From positions 1 through 29,565 of IMG/VR virus record IMGVR_UViG_3300042562_000057: a stretch of DNA of 29,565 nucleotides. One strand, written 5' to 3'. This document shows, one piece after another, positions 24,849 to 29,565 of this stretch (within the stretch, counting starts at the first letter, position 1; every line of letters starts with the position of its first letter). A program made the translations under genes and the position numbers. The DNA is from a virus. Taxonomy: Duplodnaviria > Caudoviricetes. The notes beneath the pieces are model-generated. The model was given only the letters and a program-made list of their open reading frames with translations, searched no databases and was not told the origin of the DNA.

Positions 24849-26084
24849 CTATTTTGAAAACGCTTGAACTTCAGCGTTAATGATTCGTTGAGGCCAATAT
24901 CGCAAAGTCTGAATGTTTCCATTTAGATAATTTGTACCGTCAGAGCCTAAAAGTGCCTGTGTGACTGTTGGAATCGTTGCCGAGGTGTCTGTAACCGCAG
25001 CACCACCGTTTACAGCAGCTGCACAATTATCTGTGTTCCATGCCGCACCAAGGTTGTAAGCTGTGTTTGCAGAGATAGTGCCAGCGTCAATTTGCGCTTG
25101 TGGTGAACCACCATTAACAATTAGCAGCTCAGGGTTTGTTGTGTTACCACGCAAAGCAATCACTTCATCAGCAGTCGCATCGTCAAATTGCAAAGCAGGC
25201 CGAGTGCCTGAAACGGTAGAAGGCAACACACGAACAACTACGCCGCCAGCACCTGCGATGTACCAATCACTAAAGTTTGTCCCCGTTATTGTTGCTACGT
25301 CAGCGTTACGGGTGACAGCAACCGTGCTGGTTTTAATAACGCTTGTAGCAAATTCGCCTTGCTCTAGTTGTGGCAAACCAATACGCAATGTAACGTCAAC
25401 CGCAACACCTGATGTGATTGATAGGCGTACCGCGCTATAAATAAATGCGGTTGTTACACCTGTTAAAGTTGTTGAAAAAGATGATCTGGTTAAAACCCCA
25501 GTTGCTCCGATGTTTGTACCATTTTTATTAGCGACTAAAGTACCAACGGCGCTACGTTCACTAATAACATGAAGAACAGCAGTAATGTTTGTTAAGCTAC
25601 CTCCGACAACAGCAAGGTAAAACGAACTTGTCCATGTTTGGCCAATCAAAGCCGCTACTGTTGTAGTGCCAACAAATAAAATATTTGGATTTGTCGCCGT
25701 AGTTGTCCCCGATAATTTAATGTCGATATATTGAACACCATTTACAGTATCTACTGCCACAATTTCTTGAGTAAGCCCTTGAGGAATTAGACTCCAGTTT
25801 GTAGGTATCGTTCCTGGCGTACCAACAACAGCACCTTGCATTGTATTGTTGGGCAAGCCATTTGTTCTTGCTTCTTCTACCAATAAACCCGCTATACCTG
25901 TTGAATAATTAATTCGTTGCGTGTCAGCAGAAGCATCTTGCAAAACGCCATTTAAATCTACATAAGTAGCCACGCCAGCACGATCAACATCAACGCCTGA
26001 TTGGGGCGAACCTGTTGTCCAGTCAAGCGTAAACCTTGGTAAGACCCGTTCAGTTGCTGTTAATCCAAATGAAGGAGTAATCAT
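24849..26084 (-). CDS. Spike/fibre protein with lectin (LamG/ConA-like) C-terminus
   Basis: RAGVATY...GLLVEEARTN, PQLEQG.FATS.I.T...AVTRNAD and LNG.I..LRYWP motifs; GAGG RBS. Confidence 0.75.
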   Translation of the reverse strand: MITPSFGLTATERVLPRFTLDWTTGSPQSGVDVDRAGVATYVDLNGVLQDASADTQRINYSTGIAGLLVEEARTNGLPNNTMQGAVVGTPGTIPTNWSLIPQGLTQEIVAVDTVNGVQYIDIKLSGTTTATNPNILFVGTTTVAALIGQTWTSSFYLAVVGGSLTNITAVLHVISERSAVGTLVANKNGTNIGATGVLTRSSFSTTLTGVTTAFIYSAVRLSITSGVAVDVTLRIGLPQLEQGEFATSVIKTSTVAVTRNADVATITGTNFSDWYIAGAGGVVVRVLPSTVSGTRPALQFDDATADEVIALRGNTTNPELLIVNGGSPQAQIDAGTISANTAYNLGAAWNTDNCAAAVNGGAAVTDTSATIPTVTQALLGSDGTNYLNGNIQTLRYWPQRIINAEVQAFSK

Positions 26085-26179
26085 TTTAATACCTCAAACA
26101 AACGAACAAACCAATGTTTTTTTGGTTTGTAATCTTCACGACAATCTTCTGGTCGAATGTTGAAAGAGTCTAAGATCAT
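26081..26179 (-). CDS. Small hypothetical peptide (32 aa)
   Basis: AAGGA RBS; MILDSFNIRPEDCREDYKPKKHWFVRLFEVLK; ATGA overlap. Confidence 0.5.
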   Translation of the reverse strand: MILDSFNIRPEDCREDYKPKKHWFVRLFEVLK

Positions 26180-26191
26180 GTTAATCCTTTA

Positions 26192-28111
26192 TCAATCCAA
26201 TTCCTCAATTTGCAAGAACGTAACGCCCGTTGATGGACTATCCTCATTCACCACCGAACCAGATCCAGAGCCAAACTGACGCACTTGCAATCGCACTATT
26301 GCTCCACTTGGCGCAGCAATTTGTGGCAGTATCCGTTCAAGTTGCAATACATCAGTATCTCCCGATGTCAGCGTCCTAAGAACAGTCGTGTTAAGCACAT
26401 CAATGCCGTCGACCGTAAGCCTCGCTCGATATAAATTAGTGTCATTTACTGTAAGGGTAATTGCAAAATTAATGCGTATTAGCCCTCCACGAAATTTAAT
26501 ATTGGAAGCTGAAAGTATTGTGGTATTTACTTCAGGTACAAGGGTGATAAATGCTGCCAAGGATTCCGCAACAATTACCGGAGCAAATGGTAGCGTCCGG
26601 TTGTCCAAGATGGATGTGCCACCTTCTCCTACAAGAGATTCAAAATTATTATCTGGTTGTATGGTTACGCTATCAACCCCAGCATCAATCTGGATTCCAA
26701 CACCCCCTGCTGATCTTCGTGTAAATTGATTTGCTAAAAAATTAGAGTATCCTTTTGTTACTTGAACGGCAACCGAAGCATCTCGAAATAAACAGTTTCT
26801 AATTGACATAGCTGGAACAGAAAACGCATCAATAGCCGCTGGGCCTACAGTTTCATCTCCGTCACCTTGCACAATAGGTGTGTAACTACCGTGTCCAGGG
26901 CGTGAGGCAGTAGCAAGAAAAGTGCAACCATCGACTGTGACACCTCCCATCAACTTATCTCCAGTTGAGAAAATCTTAGATGGAGTCCCCGCCACAGCGC
27001 CTGGGTTATCAAAATGAGTTGCTGTGATAGTAGTAGCCCCAGCGTTACGAATATCTATACCTTTGTTAAACACGCTTGAGCGAACATCTGTATTAATACA
27101 CGCACCGCTAAAAAATTTGTCAACATTGCTTGATGCGTTATCACCAATCCGCAAAGCTGTGCCTGATCCAGAAACCCCAGCCCACCTGCATTGCTCAAAC
27201 AACACCGTTTTTTGGTTGATAACCCATACATCTGCTTGAGCCGTATCTATTGAATTAAATTCTCCCAAAAACGTGCAGCGTTTAAAGTAAACGTTACGAC
27301 CTGTTTGCTGTGGTTCATTTCCTGCGTCAATCAACACTACATAATCCAGCCCAGATACATTGTTTCTGAAACTTATATCTTCGCAAGAAAAGAACAACGG
27401 ACTATTGACTACTAACAAACCACCAACATTCCCTTGATATATTAATCCTGTCCCGCCTGCTAAATCTCCGCCTGCCCCGACTAATCTAATATTCCGTACG
27501 ATTGAATCCGCCCCTAATGGGTTAATAATGAGAGTAGAGGTTATGATGTAGTTCCCAGACGGAAATAGTAACTCACCCTCTCCGTTAAGATTGACATAAT
27601 CAATAGCAGCTTGAATAGCAACGGTATCGTCCGTCACACCATCACCGACAGCACCAAAATCCTTAACGCTTACTGACTCTTGCAATTTTTGGTGAACGGT
27701 GCGACCAACAGAACCAGTTAAATTTCCCAAACTGTTTGATTGTCTAAACCCAACTAAAGCATCTCCTAATGCGGGATTTGCTGTATTTGCGAGATCAGCA
27801 TAAATAGATGTAAAGTCGTTAATGCTTGGAATATTGTCGTATGAGCCGAGTTGAACAAAAAGTGAAGTTTGAACAATAAACTTGTAAGCTATTCCTGACG
27901 TTAGCCATACCTCGCCAGTTGCAATGCGCCCTGCTGCATCAAGCACAATAGGATTTGAATGAGCTATTAAACCTGTGCTTGATGTATACGTTGCGGCAGG
28001 CGTATTAGTGCCTGCAAGATAGGTATAAATCAATCCACCTGAAAGTGGCACACCGTTGTTATCAAAGAATTGTGCAGCTGCGCCTGCCAAACTGGATAAT
28101 GTGACTGCCAT
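26192..28111 (-). CDS. Tailspike with pectate-lyase-like beta-helix (receptor-binding depolymerase)
   Basis: N-terminal particle-binding QFFDNNG.PL.GG..YTY.AGT.TP...NPIVLDAAGR; SVKDFGAVGDGVTDDT.AIQAAID...L.FP.G.Y. Confidence 0.9.
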   Translation of the reverse strand: MAVTLSSLAGAAAQFFDNNGVPLSGGLIYTYLAGTNTPAATYTSSTGLIAHSNPIVLDAAGRIATGEVWLTSGIAYKFIVQTSLFVQLGSYDNIPSINDFTSIYADLANTANPALGDALVGFRQSNSLGNLTGSVGRTVHQKLQESVSVKDFGAVGDGVTDDTVAIQAAIDYVNLNGEGELLFPSGNYIITSTLIINPLGADSIVRNIRLVGAGGDLAGGTGLIYQGNVGGLLVVNSPLFFSCEDISFRNNVSGLDYVVLIDAGNEPQQTGRNVYFKRCTFLGEFNSIDTAQADVWVINQKTVLFEQCRWAGVSGSGTALRIGDNASSNVDKFFSGACINTDVRSSVFNKGIDIRNAGATTITATHFDNPGAVAGTPSKIFSTGDKLMGGVTVDGCTFLATASRPGHGSYTPIVQGDGDETVGPAAIDAFSVPAMSIRNCLFRDASVAVQVTKGYSNFLANQFTRRSAGGVGIQIDAGVDSVTIQPDNNFESLVGEGGTSILDNRTLPFAPVIVAESLAAFITLVPEVNTTILSASNIKFRGGLIRINFAITLTVNDTNLYRARLTVDGIDVLNTTVLRTLTSGDTDVLQLERILPQIAAPSGAIVRLQVRQFGSGSGSVVNEDSPSTGVTFLQIEELD

Positions 28112-28112
28112 A

Positions 28113-28484
28113 TTAGACTCCTAAATTACCAGCAAGCAGGAAAGTATTAGCAACAGGACAAATTGCACTTACAACCGCATATTGACCCATCGTACTGAAC
28201 AAGCTCGAATAAGATACAAGCGTCTGACCGCCAGCTGCGACTGTGACCTTACCCGCACCACCTTGGATAATTGTGCAACTAAACCCTTTACCTAAACTTG
28301 CCGCACAAGTGATTGTCGTAGCAGAACCGCTTGTACAGTAAATGACTTTACCGTTATCACCTGCGGAAAGTGTGCGAGCCGTTGTTGCTTCGGTAATTAT
28401 GCCAGCAGAGCTTAGAATAAAAGCGTCTGAAGTAATGCTTGTTACTGCGGGACTTGTCCCCAAAGATACGGCTCGCAAACTCAT
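28113..28484 (-). CDS. Small virion beta-protein (123 aa)
   Basis: TL...DNGKVI...T.T...L..GF...IIQ.GAG.VT...L.G.L fibre-tip-like motif. Confidence 0.68.
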   Translation of the reverse strand: MSLRAVSLGTSPAVTSITSDAFILSSAGIITEATTARTLSAGDNGKVIYCTSGSATTITCAASLGKGFSCTIIQGGAGKVTVAAGGQTLVSYSSLFSTMGQYAVVSAICPVANTFLLAGNLGV

Positions 28485-28813
28485 AGTCCCTCTCCTGCTG
28501 TGATTTCAAACGCAGCAGCCGCATCAGCTTCAAACCATGCGTTGCCAGGTAATCCGCCAAAGATTTCGACAGAATACGGCAGCATACCAATTGTGTTTGC
28601 AGATGGATTACCCGCTGTTGGTGCAGTCACAGTAATGCTTTGTGTTGCATTGTTAGGCTGTGGTGGCAACCATGAAAAGTATTGTGTCGTACCCAGCATA
28701 TTTTTAACTCTATAACTGGTGGGTTGATTGCCGTTACTTGATTGTACTTGCACCGATGACGTACCGACTAAGTAAGTTGGCCCGAATGGTGAAAATGGAC
28801 TGTTGTAAGCCAT
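28481..28813 (-). CDS. Putative virion protein (110 aa)
   Basis: AAGGA RBS; C-terminal ITAGEGL; located between the coat region and the tailspike. Confidence 0.68.
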   Translation of the reverse strand: MAYNSPFSPFGPTYLVGTSSVQVQSSNGNQPTSYRVKNMLGTTQYFSWLPPQPNNATQSITVTAPTAGNPSANTIGMLPYSVEIFGGLPGNAWFEADAAAAFEITAGEGL

Positions 28814-28830
28814 GATGATCCTTTTTTAAG

Positions 28831-28863
28831 AAAAAAAGCCACCCAATTTACTGAGTGGCTTTC
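28831..28863 (-). terminator. Intrinsic terminator after the head genes
   Basis: AGCCACTCA-GTAAAT-TGGGTGGCT followed by a T run on the minus strand. Confidence 0.85.
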
Positions 28864-28879
28864 TTAACGCTTTGACTAA

Positions 28880-29299
28880 TTAATTAAACGTCAAGTCGTA
28901 GCCATAAACAAACACATCACAAGTTGCCGCAGCACCTTGAGCAGTCGCTACGTTAAAGTAGAGATTTTGCCCTGCTTGAGCTGCTGTACTTGCTACTGAA
29001 CGTTGCGATACAACAGATGCCGCCGAAAGAGCCGACAACGCTGCGTTTGCAACAATACCCGTACCACCCGCAGCTGGGGCTGTAAACAGTCCCGCAGCAG
29101 CAGTTGTTAGGCTTGTGCTTGCGTTGGTAAAGATAACGTTAGAAACGCTGTAGCTGCTTGTGTTGATGATAGGCAACACGGTATCGCCCAAAACGTTACA
29201 GTTAACGCCTTGAAACGATGCAAGCAAACGCAACGCTTGGTTAGTACCCGCAACCTGTGGATGCGAGCTAATGGTGACTGCTGGGCCTGGATTCGACAT
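28880..29299 (-). CDS. Putative capsid decoration protein (139 aa)
   Basis: Immediately downstream of coat; AAGGA RBS; Ala/Thr-rich; C-terminal DVFVYGYD. Confidence 0.65.
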   Translation of the reverse strand: MSNPGPAVTISSHPQVAGTNQALRLLASFQGVNCNVLGDTVLPIINTSSYSVSNVIFTNASTSLTTAAAGLFTAPAAGGTGIVANAALSALSAASVVSQRSVASTAAQAGQNLYFNVATAQGAAATCDVFVYGYDLTFN

Positions 29300-29324
29300 G
29301 ATAATTTCCTTTGATTTTAATTAA

Positions 29325-29344
29325 CGGGGGGCTTTTACCCCCCA
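29325..29344 (-). terminator. Hairpin after the coat gene (weak terminator or stabiliser)
   Basis: GGGGGG-TAAAAG-CCCCCC followed by GTTAATT; poor U-tract. Confidence 0.5.
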
Positions 29345-29349
29345 CTAAA

Positions 29350-29565
29350 TTAGGCTGCGACTCGGCAGGCCAGTTCGGGATACAGGGGCGCCCAGCCGTA
29401 CAGTACATCTAAACGAGTCGGGATCGAATCGTTGTTGATGGTGTACTGACGGACAACACGGATCGAAAGTCCTAGCTCTTTATCAGAGGCACGACCTGCG
29501 AAATGCACACCGTCTGGCAGCTCTAAATCAGCACAAGCCAAAGTGAAAGCATTTTTGTGCATCAC
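29350..29565 (-). CDS. P22-like major capsid (coat) protein, C-terminal part
   Basis: HKNAFTLA..DL.LP...GLSIRVVRQY.INND...TRLDVLYGW....PELACR. Confidence 0.92.
   Translation of the reverse strand: MMHKNAFTLACADLELPDGVHFAGRASDKELGLSIRVVRQYTINNDSIPTRLDVLYGWAPLYPELACRVAA

Noticed and set aside
13530-28715. Numerous plus-strand ORFs of 60-140 aa opposite structural genes
   Set aside because: Antisense shadows caused by codon bias of A/G/T-rich proteins; no RBS or recognisable domains.
1-29565. tRNA genes, diversity-generating retroelement, stop-codon recoding, integrase/att site
   Set aside because: No cloverleaf, reverse transcriptase or TR/VR pair seen; genes tile fully under the standard code using all three stops; no recombinase or host DNA junction in the window.

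Overview
The window is most of a small podovirus-type (P22-like morphogenesis) tailed-phage genome, probably from a Gram-negative host (inference). Both edges cut head genes: the coat C-terminus on the right and the portal N-terminus on the left. On a circular map the unseen part would plausibly be the rest of the portal, the scaffold and the start of the coat gene. Almost all genes are on the minus strand. One block runs coat, tailspike/fibres, gp4/gp10-like neck, ejection proteins, lysis. A second block runs ERF-SSB-exonuclease, small genes, a TET-associated-type glycosyltransferase pair, RusA, ferritin-like, GroES, GIY-YIG, TerS, TerL, portal. A short plus-strand island (10655-12594) holds a lone Cro-like repressor and five small ORFs. 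The main oddity is that no replication initiator, helicase, primase, polymerase, integrase or CI is recognisable. The slot after cro, where lambdoid phages carry replication genes, is instead ~590 bp of densely structured non-coding sequence: a C4-like RNA, a promoter with a pseudoknot/attenuator leader, and a ~265-nt multi-stem RNA. All product calls come from motif recognition by eye and all RNA structures were paired by hand; no searches or folding programs were run.
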